A stretch of 52,495 nt of DNA from a phage, in the NCBI GenBank assembly GCA_028879995.1, contig GCA_028879995.1_4895.1; one strand, 5' to 3'. The notes below the pieces were generated by a model. That model did no database searches and was not told the DNA's origin. It saw nothing but the letters and a program-made list of their open reading frames with translations. Shown here piece after piece: positions 10,676 to 20,692 of this stretch. The translations under genes were made by a program, and so were the position numbers. Every line of letters starts with the position of its first letter. Position 1 is the first letter of the stretch.

Positions 10676-10704
10676 TTTACTTAACTGAGGCGCCAGCCTA
10701 TAAT
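10676..10704 (+). promoter_or_regulatory. sigma70-like promoter TTTACT-N17-TATAAT embedded in palindrome GCGCCAGC-N9-GCTGGCGC
   Basis: -10 TATAAT lies in the loop of an 8-bp inverted repeat (10690-10714). Confidence 0.55.
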
Positions 10705-10736
10705 AAGCTGGCGCACCCAATAAGAGGATTCTCCAG

Positions 10737-11375
10737 ATGGCAAATCGTACTACAGCCAACCGTCCTGTTAAAGACGCAGACCTGCGTCAAGAGTCGGTTA
10801 CTCAGTTCCCGTTATCCAAGCCGACCAAGCTTGACGAGAACGGAAAATTCATTCCAACCCCGGTTACCGGTGTAACTGCTACACCTAAGGCTAAGTCAAT
10901 TGCTGTTGGTGAGTTTACAACTCTGTCAGCAGCAGTAGCCCCGGTAGACGCGGACGACGTTACTGTATTGTGGGAAAGCAATGCACCTGACAAAGCCACT
11001 GTTGATGGTTCAGGTCGTGTTCAGGGTATCAAAGTTGGTTCAGCAACTATTACTGCTAAATCCAAGCTTGACCCTTCCAAAACCGATACTGTAGCAATTA
11101 CGGTAACTGCTCCGCCTGTGGCCGTCACTGGTGTTACGTTAGCGCCTAAGTCGCCAAGTGTTGTAGTAGGCTCTACTGTACAGCTGACTGCAACTGTGCT
11201 GCCTGCTGGCGCTACTAACAAAGCTGTTACCTACGAATCAAACGACCAGGCTAAAGCTACCGTTAGCGCAACTGGTCTGGTGACTGGTAAAGCAGCTGGC
11301 GTCGTCACCATCACTGTCAAAACAGCTGATGGCAGCTTCACTGACACCGCGTCAGTAACTGTTACTGCTGAGTAA
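10737..11375 (+). CDS. Ig-like (Big_2-type) domain protein
   Basis: Two repeats of the bacterial Ig-like pattern (VTGVT...V.VG.T.QL.ATV.P..AT...VT..S...TV...G.VTG...G..TIT). Confidence 0.55.
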   Translation: MANRTTANRPVKDADLRQESVTQFPLSKPTKLDENGKFIPTPVTGVTATPKAKSIAVGEFTTLSAAVAPVDADDVTVLWESNAPDKATVDGSGRVQGIKVGSATITAKSKLDPSKTDTVAITVTAPPVAVTGVTLAPKSPSVVVGSTVQLTATVLPAGATNKAVTYESNDQAKATVSATGLVTGKAAGVVTITVKTADGSFTDTASVTVTAE

Positions 11376-11386
11376 GGAGCTGATTG

Positions 11387-13516
11387 ATGTCGCTTCCACT
11401 TAATGAGGTTGTCGACGTACAGTTCAGTAAGAGCAACGGGGGTAAAGGTTTTACCCCCAATGTTCCGCTGGAAGGTATAATGCTTTCCAACTACGAGTAC
11501 TCAATCGTCGCGGGTGATGACCCTGTTCAGCTAGTTGTGCGTTACATTCCAACCAACGCTACTGAGCGTGGTATGGCATGGAAATCTAGCGACCCGGACG
11601 TTATCACTGTTGATGAGCTCGGATTTGTGAAGCCACTGGCGGAAGGTGTTGCATACGTGACTGGTACGTCTGTTGACGGCGGTTATACAGTACGGGCAAA
11701 GTTTAACATTGCTCGGGCACCTATCCTTGTTGAATCTGTTACAGTGTCTCCCACAAGTGTGACACTTGAAGAGGGCAAGACTCAACGCCTGACATACACC
11801 TATTTACCTGCTAATGCAGACAAACCTGATTTCTACTGGATTTCAGACGATGAGTCTGTTGCTGTCGTTAACGACAGCGGGCTTGTCACTGCCATTGGAG
11901 ATGGCGAAACAACTGTAAACGTACAGTACGGTGTTGACAGCTCTATATTCGATAGCTGTACTGTAACTGTTATTCCGCCTGTTGTACACGTTACAGGAGT
12001 TGAGTTTCTTACTCAGTCGCCTCTTAACGTTAATATCGGAAGCACAGCTGGGACTAGTATTCGTATATCGCCAGAAGACGCCACTGACAAAACAGTGACG
12101 TATGAAAGCAGTGTACCTGATGTAGCAACTGTGGATACTGACGGAAATGTTACTGGTATTACAGCTGGTAATGCCACTGTTACTGTTAAGACGAATGACG
12201 GTGATAAGACTGACACTCTTGACATTATAGTCAGGGTGCCTGCTGTAAATGTTACCGGCGTAAGTATTGACGAAGGCGATACAGCTTCCATGGAAGTTGG
12301 GGACACTCTTCAGCTACATGCCACTGTGACTCCTGAAAATGCTACTGACCCATCTGTTGTATGGAGTGCTCCTGTATCAGAAGTTGCGTCTGTGACTGAA
12401 GCTGGTTTGGTAACTGCTAACGCTGCAGGCTTAATTGATGTTACTGTTATCACTAATGACGGGAACTTTACTGACAGAATCGAGGTTAAAGTTACAGACC
12501 CTAGCATCGCAGTTACGGATGTTGCATGGGCTCCTGACTCTCCGACTAAAGTAAGTGCCGGCCATCAGGTGCAGACTAAAATTGTTATAACACCTAACAA
12601 CGCAACCAACAAAAAAGTTAGCTACAATAGCTCAAACCCAGACGCTGTTACTGTTGACACTAACGGAGTTATATACGGTCAATCACCTGGAACTTCGACT
12701 ATTACAGTTACAACAGACGACGGTGGACTTGTTGCTTCATTTGTAGCGACTTGCACAGAGGTGGCTGTTATTACACCAGATGGTCTTGGTGGTATTCCAG
12801 TCGGTGGTACTCAGCAGTTCACTTACACTGTTAGCCCGTCTGATGCTGACCTGACTAATATTCGTTATGAGTCTGCTAACCCAGATATTGCAACTGTTGA
12901 TTCATCAGGCGTTGTAACTGGTGTTGCTAGCGGCGGATGTAACATCTGGATTTACGCAACTAGCAATGGTGCTGACATTAGCGCAGCTACTTGGGCACAA
13001 ATTTCTGAGAAGGTACAGGTATACCCTCAGTATGCCGAATGGCTTGTGGGTAACACCAAACAGCTTGATGTTGAGATTTACCCGTCGGACTCTAAGAGCG
13101 TTACCGTTACTTATGAATCGTCAAATGACGCTATCATTAGTATAGATGCAAATGGCTTGATGACTGCTAAGTCTGAAGGTTCAGCAACTATTACTGCTAA
13201 CGTTGTGATGAACGGTGTTGCTGCTTCTGGTACAACATCTCCTTACGTGTCTGAGCTTTCTGTTGCTACTGATTCGCTGCCTGCACTTACTGTTGGCAAC
13301 ACGCAGCAGCTGGTTATAACTGTTAGACCTGAATACGCTAAGACAGACCCAGGCTATAACATTCAGTATACAACTACAGACGATACTGTCGCTACTGTAA
13401 GTAATACCGGTGTTATTACTGGCGTTGGTAACGGTGGATGTCGTATTGGTGCCACAGTAACTGTGAGAAATGCTACAGCGTCGGACAGCTCTTATCAGTC
13501 CGTCGATGCAGCATAA
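11387..13516 (+). CDS. Multi-domain Ig-like (Big_2-type) virion protein
   Basis: About seven tandem Ig-like repeats; ATG 11387 has RBS AAGGAG 7 nt upstream (tool start 11384 is TTG). Confidence 0.55.
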   Translation: MSLPLNEVVDVQFSKSNGGKGFTPNVPLEGIMLSNYEYSIVAGDDPVQLVVRYIPTNATERGMAWKSSDPDVITVDELGFVKPLAEGVAYVTGTSVDGGYTVRAKFNIARAPILVESVTVSPTSVTLEEGKTQRLTYTYLPANADKPDFYWISDDESVAVVNDSGLVTAIGDGETTVNVQYGVDSSIFDSCTVTVIPPVVHVTGVEFLTQSPLNVNIGSTAGTSIRISPEDATDKTVTYESSVPDVATVDTDGNVTGITAGNATVTVKTNDGDKTDTLDIIVRVPAVNVTGVSIDEGDTASMEVGDTLQLHATVTPENATDPSVVWSAPVSEVASVTEAGLVTANAAGLIDVTVITNDGNFTDRIEVKVTDPSIAVTDVAWAPDSPTKVSAGHQVQTKIVITPNNATNKKVSYNSSNPDAVTVDTNGVIYGQSPGTSTITVTTDDGGLVASFVATCTEVAVITPDGLGGIPVGGTQQFTYTVSPSDADLTNIRYESANPDIATVDSSGVVTGVASGGCNIWIYATSNGADISAATWAQISEKVQVYPQYAEWLVGNTKQLDVEIYPSDSKSVTVTYESSNDAIISIDANGLMTAKSEGSATITANVVMNGVAASGTTSPYVSELSVATDSLPALTVGNTQQLVITVRPEYAKTDPGYNIQYTTTDDTVATVSNTGVITGVGNGGCRIGATVTVRNATASDSSYQSVDAA

Positions 13517-13541
13517 AAATTAATTAACTTTGCACTGGCCA

Positions 13542-13570
13542 TTTACTTGGTTAAACTTACTGAGTATAAT
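13542..13570 (+). promoter_or_regulatory. sigma70-like promoter TTTACT-N17-TATAAT flanked by inverted repeat GGCCATT/AATGGCC
   Basis: Promoter elements between 7-bp inverted repeats at 13537-13543 and 13568-13574. Confidence 0.55.
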
Positions 13571-13602
13571 GGCCGGAAAGTCCACCCAAGAGGTAAACAA
13601 AA

Positions 13603-14742
13603 ATGCCGTTGAATGTAAACCAGATTGTAAACGTTCAACTGAACAACACTCCAACTGGTATCAGCAAAGGTGACTTCGGTAAGCTGGCTCTTTTAACTCA
13701 GGACCCTGGCACTGCTTTTCCTGACAGCGACAACGGACACTATGTTGAAATCGGCAGCTACTCTGAAGCCGAGTCTTATTGGGGTACTGGTTCAGTTGTA
13801 CTTGGCGCGCTGAAGATTTTCTTTGCACAATCTCCGCGTCCTCGTTCAGTAGTTATCGCCTCATGGAGCAACACCTCTACTCTGGATGCGGCTATTAAAG
13901 CATTCAACGATGTGTATCCTGACTGGTATGTTCTGCGTCCGCTTCCGCCTACTGGCGAGCTGTCTGACGATGACATCAGTTTGCTGGCGTCAACTGTTGC
14001 TGCTTACGATAAAAAACGTTGCAGCTACACTACCACTAAAGCAACTCATATTGAAAACAGCGACTCCAACCCGATTAAAGTTCTGGCTGGTAAAGGCTAC
14101 AACAATATGTGGCTTCAGTACGATAAGAACAACCAACACTATGCAGACATTTCTGCTATGGCGCGTGCTCTGTCTGTTAACTTCTCAGGTAACCGCACTA
14201 CGATTACCATGAAGTTCAAACAAGAGCCTGGTATTACACCGAACAACACTTTAACGCTCACTGAAGCTAACAAGTGTAAAGCGCTGGGTATTAACTGGTA
14301 CACCTACTACAGCACCTTTGCTATGCTTGCAGAAGGTACTGTCCTCGGTACGTCCAAGCCGCCGCGCTTCTGGGATGAAGTACATGGTCTCGACTGGTTC
14401 TGTAATGCTGTCCAGACTTACGTCTTCAACTCAATCGCTACGTCACCCACGAAGGTGCCGCAGACTAACAAAGGTCACGAGCGCCTTACCGGTGCTGCAG
14501 CTGTTGCTTGTCAGCAGGCTGTCGACAACGGCTTGGTTGCACCTGGTATCTGGTACGGTGATGAGTTTGGTACACTGTCTTATGGTGACCGACTCGAGAC
14601 AGGTTTCTACATCTACATCCCTGACGTAGATGACCAGCCTCTGGATGAGCGTGAAGCTCGTCAGGCCGTTGTAATGCAAATCGCGATTAAGCTGGCTGGT
14701 GCAATCCACTCCAGTGACATCCTGATTAACTTCACTCGCTAA
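13603..14742 (+). CDS. Putative tail sheath protein (alternatively a large major tail protein)
   Basis: 379 aa first gene after promoter 13542-13570; followed by a 143-aa tube-sized protein, chaperone, tape measure and Mu/P2-like baseplate genes. Confidence 0.4.
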   Translation: MPLNVNQIVNVQLNNTPTGISKGDFGKLALLTQDPGTAFPDSDNGHYVEIGSYSEAESYWGTGSVVLGALKIFFAQSPRPRSVVIASWSNTSTLDAAIKAFNDVYPDWYVLRPLPPTGELSDDDISLLASTVAAYDKKRCSYTTTKATHIENSDSNPIKVLAGKGYNNMWLQYDKNNQHYADISAMARALSVNFSGNRTTITMKFKQEPGITPNNTLTLTEANKCKALGINWYTYYSTFAMLAEGTVLGTSKPPRFWDEVHGLDWFCNAVQTYVFNSIATSPTKVPQTNKGHERLTGAAAVACQQAVDNGLVAPGIWYGDEFGTLSYGDRLETGFYIYIPDVDDQPLDEREARQAVVMQIAIKLAGAIHSSDILINFTR

Positions 14743-14753
14743 GGAGCAGATCA

Positions 14754-15185
14754 ATGATCATCGATTCTTCTGAATGCGTGTTGAGCCTGAATGGTGTTCA
14801 GCTGTCCGACTGGGCAGACGGTGCCGATGTCATTGACGTGCAATGGGTGGACCCAGCTTCCACCTATCTTGCAGGTGCAGATGGCAATGGCATTCAGATT
14901 ATGAACCCGTCCAAAGCCATTAAGCTAACTATCAAGGTTAAGCAAAATGGTCCGGATGCCAAATGGCTTAACGACCAGTACAACCTGCAGCGTAACAACA
15001 TTCGTGGATTTGTCCCGTTTGTGCTGCAAGCCAAAGACCTGCTAAACCAGGATTTGGCATGGGGCAAAAAAGGTTACTTTACCGATGGTTCCCCGTGGAC
15101 TCGTGGTAACGGCCATAACCCGACTACCTTCGCTATTGTGTTCCACCAAGGTGGTATGCAGTTGACTGAAGGCTTTGACCAGTAA
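14754..15185 (+). CDS. Putative tail tube protein
   Basis: 143 aa, between putative sheath and tail assembly chaperone. Confidence 0.4.
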   Translation: MIIDSSECVLSLNGVQLSDWADGADVIDVQWVDPASTYLAGADGNGIQIMNPSKAIKLTIKVKQNGPDAKWLNDQYNLQRNNIRGFVPFVLQAKDLLNQDLAWGKKGYFTDGSPWTRGNGHNPTTFAIVFHQGGMQLTEGFDQ

Positions 15186-15203
15186 CAATAGAGGAAAGCA
15201 CAA

Positions 15204-15632
15204 ATGACTGAGCCCAAATCATTTGACATCGACGACGTAACGTACAACATGACACTCGCAAACGCGCTACAAGCCTGGACAGTCCTGAAAAAAGCAGGTA
15301 AGCTGTTCAAAGGCATTGGTAACGCGGACATTGTGGGTAAAGATGGCAAAGTGGACGGTAAGAAAGCAATGCTGGTCCTGTTGGACGCTGTTCTGGAGAA
15401 CGCAGGTTCTGACGAGATGACAGCTATTGAGGAACTAATCTTCCGCAATACTGTTGTTGTAGTTGATGGCAAACCGCGTAAGCTGTCTGACTGTAAAGAC
15501 CAACACTTCAACGCACATCGTAGCCACATCTTCGGTGTGCTTAAGGAGGGATTGGTATATCAGTTCGCGGATTTTTTCAAAGGGAATGGCCTGTCAGGTC
15601 TAGCGGGTCTAGCCACGCCCTTGACGAAATAA
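15204..15632 (+). CDS. Tail assembly chaperone (short form)
   Basis: 142 aa directly upstream of tape measure; contains slippery heptamer T_TTT_TTC at 15572-15578. Confidence 0.55.
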   Translation: MTEPKSFDIDDVTYNMTLANALQAWTVLKKAGKLFKGIGNADIVGKDGKVDGKKAMLVLLDAVLENAGSDEMTAIEELIFRNTVVVVDGKPRKLSDCKDQHFNAHRSHIFGVLKEGLVYQFADFFKGNGLSGLAGLATPLTK

Positions 15633-15814
15633 AACGCAAGCAACAGTCAGGGACGCAAGAAACTGACTGGTTCGTTTGGCTTCCTATTCTCAAGGGTCAT
15701 GTGACCCTTGCAGAATTAAAGTCGTCTTACAGCTTGTGTGATTTGTGTGACCTGCATATTGCTATTCTGGACTATGCTGAGTTAGAGGAAATCCATGGCG
15801 ACCATAATCGATAG
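15204..15814 (+). CDS. Tail assembly chaperone, predicted -1 frameshift fusion form
   Basis: After T_TTT_TTC (15572-15578) the -1 frame stays open for 80 codons to TAG 15812-15814, overlapping the tape measure start. Confidence 0.45.
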
Positions 15815-17477
15815 CTTTCTGGTAACGCTTGAGAGTAGAGCTGATAGTTCTGGCTTTGACCTCTTCGACCAGCTGTCCCGCCGTTTTGTGATTACCCTCG
15901 GCGATGTAATCAATCTTGCTGAGCGTGCCGCTGGTGCGCTCGGCAGGATGTTTGCGCCTGCGTTAGAGGCTGACGTACTCGCCGCCAAGATTAAAGGCTT
16001 CGGCTACGACGTCGAATCGACGTGGAAAACGCTGATGGATATGTCTTTACAAATGGGCACACCATTTCAAGAGGCACTCGACGGCTTTACTAAACTTAAA
16101 TCGTATGGCGTTGACCCGTTAAACGGTTCGCTACAAATGCTCAAAACAATCACTGCTGCAACAGGCGGTGATTTGGCACGTACCATTGTTGCGTATGGCC
16201 AGGCGTCTGCTATGGGTTCATTGCAGGGCCAGGAAAAGAACCAGTTCATTAACGCCGGTGTTGACATCTGGGGCGCATTGTCCCGCTACACTGGTAAGAA
16301 GCTTGGCGAGCTTCAGGATATGATGCGGCAGAAGCAAATCACTGCCGACATACTGACTAGCGCGCTCAAACAAGAAGCCGAACGTTTAAAACCAATTGCC
16401 CACGAAGTGTCACAGACACTCAAAGCGCAGTTAACTAACCTGGGCACAATTTGGTATGCTGCTCGTTCTAAGATTGCCCAGACCAGAATATGGGATGAGA
16501 TAACTAAAGGCGCGATAGGTATGGTTAAGTCACTCACAGCAGTGCTTAACGATACCACACTTACTGCGGCGTTTAAAAAGTTCGACGAAATTGTATTCAA
16601 TACAATTGAAAACGTAAAACGACTTATCTACGTTATCGGGGATAACTTCCCGTTAATGGTTGCAATAACATCATACGCACTGCTGTCACTTATTCCCGTG
16701 CTGGCGGCACTTATTCCCTGGCTAGCTAAGGTCGGCAACGCCTTTGTGGGTTTAGCTACCAAAATGCTTATGAATCCGCTCACGTGGTTTGCACTGGCTA
16801 TCGGCACAGTTGTTGCTGTACTCACTGACCTCGACGACGCTCTGGCAGGACGTGAGACAGTTGTTAAGTGGTCAAAAGATGTTGTAGCCGCATGGGGAAT
16901 TGTCAAGCAGTATATCGTAGTTATTGCAGACTTTATTCTGTCAATATTTGACGGTCGCTTATGGAACAAACTCGGTAACTGGTGGCAAGGTTTCCTTGTT
17001 GAAGTTAAGCAAGGCATAGAGCAAATAAAGCTGTGGTTGTCTGAAGCGCTTTACCAGCTGCCTGGTGGTAAGTTCCTGATGGCGTTGTTTGGTAAGCTCG
17101 ATTCTACACTGGGCTTTGCTGGCAACAAACTTGTGGCAGGCGCTGAAGCTACTGCTAATGCTGTATCACCTACAACTGAACGGGGCGGAAGCTTCTGGAG
17201 TAGGGCACTCAACTGGTCTATGCGTAACTTCAACCCTATTACAGGGGAGATGACAGCTGGGGGTCAGGCTATGCAGTCGGCGATAAATACTGCTAAGCAA
17301 AACCAGCAGCAGAACGCGACTGTTATCCACCAGGATAATAGCGTTAAAGTTGACGCTACTATTACCGGTGTACAGAACCCACAAGAAGTAGGCCGTGAGG
17401 TCAATGACCAGGTCAAACAGGCGCAGAAAGAGAATGCTACTGTAATGGCCAACAACAAAACGGCGGTAACACAATGA
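15795..17477 (+). CDS. Tail tape measure protein
   Basis: 560 aa, helical with hydrophobic segments, downstream of chaperone/frameshift pair. Confidence 0.65.
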   Translation: MATIIDSFLVTLESRADSSGFDLFDQLSRRFVITLGDVINLAERAAGALGRMFAPALEADVLAAKIKGFGYDVESTWKTLMDMSLQMGTPFQEALDGFTKLKSYGVDPLNGSLQMLKTITAATGGDLARTIVAYGQASAMGSLQGQEKNQFINAGVDIWGALSRYTGKKLGELQDMMRQKQITADILTSALKQEAERLKPIAHEVSQTLKAQLTNLGTIWYAARSKIAQTRIWDEITKGAIGMVKSLTAVLNDTTLTAAFKKFDEIVFNTIENVKRLIYVIGDNFPLMVAITSYALLSLIPVLAALIPWLAKVGNAFVGLATKMLMNPLTWFALAIGTVVAVLTDLDDALAGRETVVKWSKDVVAAWGIVKQYIVVIADFILSIFDGRLWNKLGNWWQGFLVEVKQGIEQIKLWLSEALYQLPGGKFLMALFGKLDSTLGFAGNKLVAGAEATANAVSPTTERGGSFWSRALNWSMRNFNPITGEMTAGGQAMQSAINTAKQNQQQNATVIHQDNSVKVDATITGVQNPQEVGREVNDQVKQAQKENATVMANNKTAVTQ

Positions 17478-18370
17478 GTGACATCTTTGCTGGAATTACT
17501 GATGCTGCCAACGACTTGTACCAAGATGCCCGTGACAGACTCATGGGCGACGGTACAACCACCTTACGCTTCCGCAACTGCGGAGGCATTAAGATGGATG
17601 CTGTCACTAACGAAGAACATCAGTCTGACCTTGACATCGCTGACAACGAACTTGAGTCCGGGGCTAAGGCTTCGGACCATGCTGCAGTACAACCAAAAGT
17701 TATTACTGTAACTGGTGTGGTAGTTGGCTATATTGACGAGTCGATTCAAGAGTCAACAGTTAACGACGTAACCGGCTTACGGTCTATGGATTTCTTGGAT
17801 GATATTCAGCTTCCACAGGTAGTGTCTACTGTCCTCGAAGGAACAAGGGACTTTGCTGTTAACAAGCTAGTCTCATTCATAGACTGGGGCGGTTTAGACG
17901 CCACCATTTCACGCTCTTTAGTTCCATGGCTTCCTGACTTTAGTATAGCTGAACAACTTAAGTCTTCGGACAACATGAGGATTGAACAGGTATACCGTAC
18001 ACTGCTGGATTTACAGAAAAACGTTATTTACTGTGACGTTGATACTGGTATCTTTAAGTATACGAATATGCTTTTGAAGTCTGTTCGTGTTGTGCAGGAG
18101 AAAGATGGTTCAGCTACGTTTACCCTTACGTTCCGTGAAGTCATTGAAGTACCGATTGTAGTTACAAACGCTGTAGCCGCTAAGTCGACAGGTCGCCCTG
18201 CTAATAACGGCACTAAGAAAAGCGGACGTGCTCAAGGTCAGGGTGATGCCACCAGTAAGAAGGACATAAACACAACTACACCGATTAGCGAGAAACGTGT
18301 AAACGATAACCGCGGTTTTGGTGTAACACTCGGTGACATGTTTGGCTTTAACTTACGAGGCATATTCTGA
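17474..18370 (+). CDS. Tail/baseplate assembly protein
   Basis: ATGA overlap with tape measure stop; 298 aa; position. Confidence 0.35.
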   Translation: MSDIFAGITDAANDLYQDARDRLMGDGTTTLRFRNCGGIKMDAVTNEEHQSDLDIADNELESGAKASDHAAVQPKVITVTGVVVGYIDESIQESTVNDVTGLRSMDFLDDIQLPQVVSTVLEGTRDFAVNKLVSFIDWGGLDATISRSLVPWLPDFSIAEQLKSSDNMRIEQVYRTLLDLQKNVIYCDVDTGIFKYTNMLLKSVRVVQEKDGSATFTLTFREVIEVPIVVTNAVAAKSTGRPANNGTKKSGRAQGQGDATSKKDINTTTPISEKRVNDNRGFGVTLGDMFGFNLRGIF

Positions 18371-18762
18371 TGATATTTACCACAACTGCTTTCCTTGACA
18401 TTATAGGTAATGATGGTTCTGGTATTTACGACTTGGAACCTACCTCCGAAGGTAAGCAATCAATATCTATTTCTATCGCTGGATATACGTATAACATTGA
18501 GTTGTACTATAACACGGTAGGTCAGCTCTGGCAGGCTACAGTGACTGACATATCAAGTAATGCTGTACTTTGTTCCAGTTATGCTTTACAATATGGGCGT
18601 ATTGCTTTTGGTAACTGGGACACGCGTATAGCGTTGCTGGTAAGTGACAAATCCTCCAGCCGCATCGGTCCTATGACTACAGATGACATGGGAGGACGTT
18701 GCAGTGTCTACATCGTCGACAAAACAGCCTACCCGTCAGTTTGGCCGCGCGTTAAAGCTTGA
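18370..18762 (+). CDS. Small tail/baseplate protein
   Basis: 130 aa; TGATG coupling. Confidence 0.3.
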   Translation: MIFTTTAFLDIIGNDGSGIYDLEPTSEGKQSISISIAGYTYNIELYYNTVGQLWQATVTDISSNAVLCSSYALQYGRIAFGNWDTRIALLVSDKSSSRIGPMTTDDMGGRCSVYIVDKTAYPSVWPRVKA

Positions 18763-19663
18763 GGTCAGCAACGGTAAAGATGAAGGCATAATCATCTCAA
18801 ATCTTCGTGTTACCTTTGACATTCAAAAGGGTAACACGAAGCATCCAAATAAAGCGACAATCACAGTGTTCAACTTGACTGAATCCAACCGTTATAAGTT
18901 GGCGTCAGGCACCTGGGATTACGTCCGTCTCTCTGTGGGTTACGGTCTTGACAACATAGTTTATCGCTTGATATTCGAAGGCGATATTACTCGCGCTAAT
19001 GACCAACGAAACGGCCTTGATATTCAGACTGTTCTCGAATGTGGCGATGCCCGTAAGTCTTACAACGATGGCTTTGTTAATACGACGCTGGCCGCTGGCT
19101 CTACGTATGACAGTGTTGTTGACGTTTGCCTGGCTAGTATGCCAAACGTTGAAGAAGGGTACGTCTGCCTTGACAGCAACAAACCAGCTTTCCTGAGAGC
19201 ACGTACTCTGTTCGGACAAACGCACAGCATACTCGACCAGGTTGCTGCTGCCAACAAGGCTACCTGGTCTATACAAGACAATAAACTCAATATCATTCCT
19301 AATGACTCTGTTACTGACTACGACGTTGTTGTGCTGTCAGAATCATCTGGTATGATTGGTGCTCCTCGCGGCACAGACAAAGGTCTTGAGGTTACTTGCA
19401 ACCTGAATCCTACTCTGGCCATTGGTGGTCTCGTACAAGTAAATTCTATGTTTACACAGTACAACGGACAGTATAAAATCGACACTATAAGATTTCGGGG
19501 TGACAATAAACCGAAAGGACCGTGGCGTGCTGACTTGACGGTTCTCGGTGGACAGTTCGCGAAGAAAGTTCGTCGACTCAAGAAGCCACGCAAACTGTCG
19601 AAGATTGAGTATGACTATGTTACTGAACCCGGTGTTGACCATACAGTAGGCGGAGGTAGCTGA
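18704..19663 (+). CDS. Baseplate hub-like tail protein
   Basis: GTG 18704 has RBS GGGAGGA 7 nt upstream; tool ATG 18683 lacks an RBS; about 320 aa. Confidence 0.4.
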   Translation: MSTSSTKQPTRQFGRALKLEVSNGKDEGIIISNLRVTFDIQKGNTKHPNKATITVFNLTESNRYKLASGTWDYVRLSVGYGLDNIVYRLIFEGDITRANDQRNGLDIQTVLECGDARKSYNDGFVNTTLAAGSTYDSVVDVCLASMPNVEEGYVCLDSNKPAFLRARTLFGQTHSILDQVAAANKATWSIQDNKLNIIPNDSVTDYDVVVLSESSGMIGAPRGTDKGLEVTCNLNPTLAIGGLVQVNSMFTQYNGQYKIDTIRFRGDNKPKGPWRADLTVLGGQFAKKVRRLKKPRKLSKIEYDYVTEPGVDHTVGGGS

Positions 19664-20310
19664 TGTCAGCTATTGATTATAATACAGCAACACTTGATGA
19701 GGCAATTGAGGCTGCACTGTTTGCTGCAATGATTGGTAAGCGCCACTGTTTACCTGGCCGCATAGTATCGTTTAACAGCAACCTACAGACTGTTGTTGTT
19801 GAACCTATGGTCAGTGCTGAAAACGAAGATGGTTCAATGAGACCGCTACCACCAGCAGCTGATGTTCCTTTGTTCCAGCTAGGCGGTGGTGATTTTGTTA
19901 TAACGCTTGAACCAAAGAAAGGCGACCCGTGCTTACTTCTTGTTGCTGACAGATGTATTGACGTATGGTATGAGCTGGCTGAAAACGCTATACCAGGTGA
20001 CTTCCGACAGAACGACCTGTCAGACTGCTTCTGTCTTGTGGGCTTCAGACCTAAGCCTCTGAAGATAACAAACTGGATGGAAGGCGTAACTATACGTAAG
20101 GTTGACGGAAGTCACTATATCAATATTAATAATGCTGGCAAGGTATCAATAAAGGCCACAGCAGTAGACTTGCTTGATACGCCAACACTTAATGCACCAA
20201 ACACAGAAGCCAAGTTTAAAGAAGTTGACATTGGCGGCGTTAAGATGTCCAAACACAGACACCAAGAAAACGGTGACGGTGGCGGTATTACTAATGGCCC
20301 GCAAAACTAG
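19663..20310 (+). CDS. Baseplate central spike protein (gpV-like)
   Basis: 215 aa, size and position match P2 gpV / Mu gp45-type spikes; Gly-rich C-terminus. Confidence 0.45.
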   Translation: MSAIDYNTATLDEAIEAALFAAMIGKRHCLPGRIVSFNSNLQTVVVEPMVSAENEDGSMRPLPPAADVPLFQLGGGDFVITLEPKKGDPCLLLVADRCIDVWYELAENAIPGDFRQNDLSDCFCLVGFRPKPLKITNWMEGVTIRKVDGSHYININNAGKVSIKATAVDLLDTPTLNAPNTEAKFKEVDIGGVKMSKHRHQENGDGGGITNGPQN

Positions 20311-20320
20311 GTAACCCACA

Positions 20321-20692
20321 ATGCGAACAAGACGACTCGATTCAAACTGGGACTGGAATTTTGGGCGTGGCCGACTTGACTACGCCGATACGTCTGAGTC
20401 CATTGAACAACGCATCGTGCAGATACTCCGCTGCTATACTATGGACTGGGTACATGACCTGGACTATGGCATTGACTGGTTCGGACTAATGGAGAAGCCT
20501 GTTCGATGGGCTGACCTTGAGGCTGCAATCAAAACAGCAATACTTGCGGAGTATGGAGTTAGTTCTATCGAGAGCTTTACCCTAAGCTTCGACCCTGACT
20601 CACGTCACGCTGTTTATTCGGTTGAGGTTAATGATATTTACCACAACACAACCTCTATTAACAGAAGTATTAATTTAACCGGAGAAAACTGA
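20321..20692 (+). CDS. Baseplate wedge protein (gpW/gp25-like)
   Basis: 123 aa, size and position between spike and J-like protein. Confidence 0.4.
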   Translation: MRTRRLDSNWDWNFGRGRLDYADTSESIEQRIVQILRCYTMDWVHDLDYGIDWFGLMEKPVRWADLEAAIKTAILAEYGVSSIESFTLSFDPDSRHAVYSVEVNDIYHNTTSINRSINLTGEN

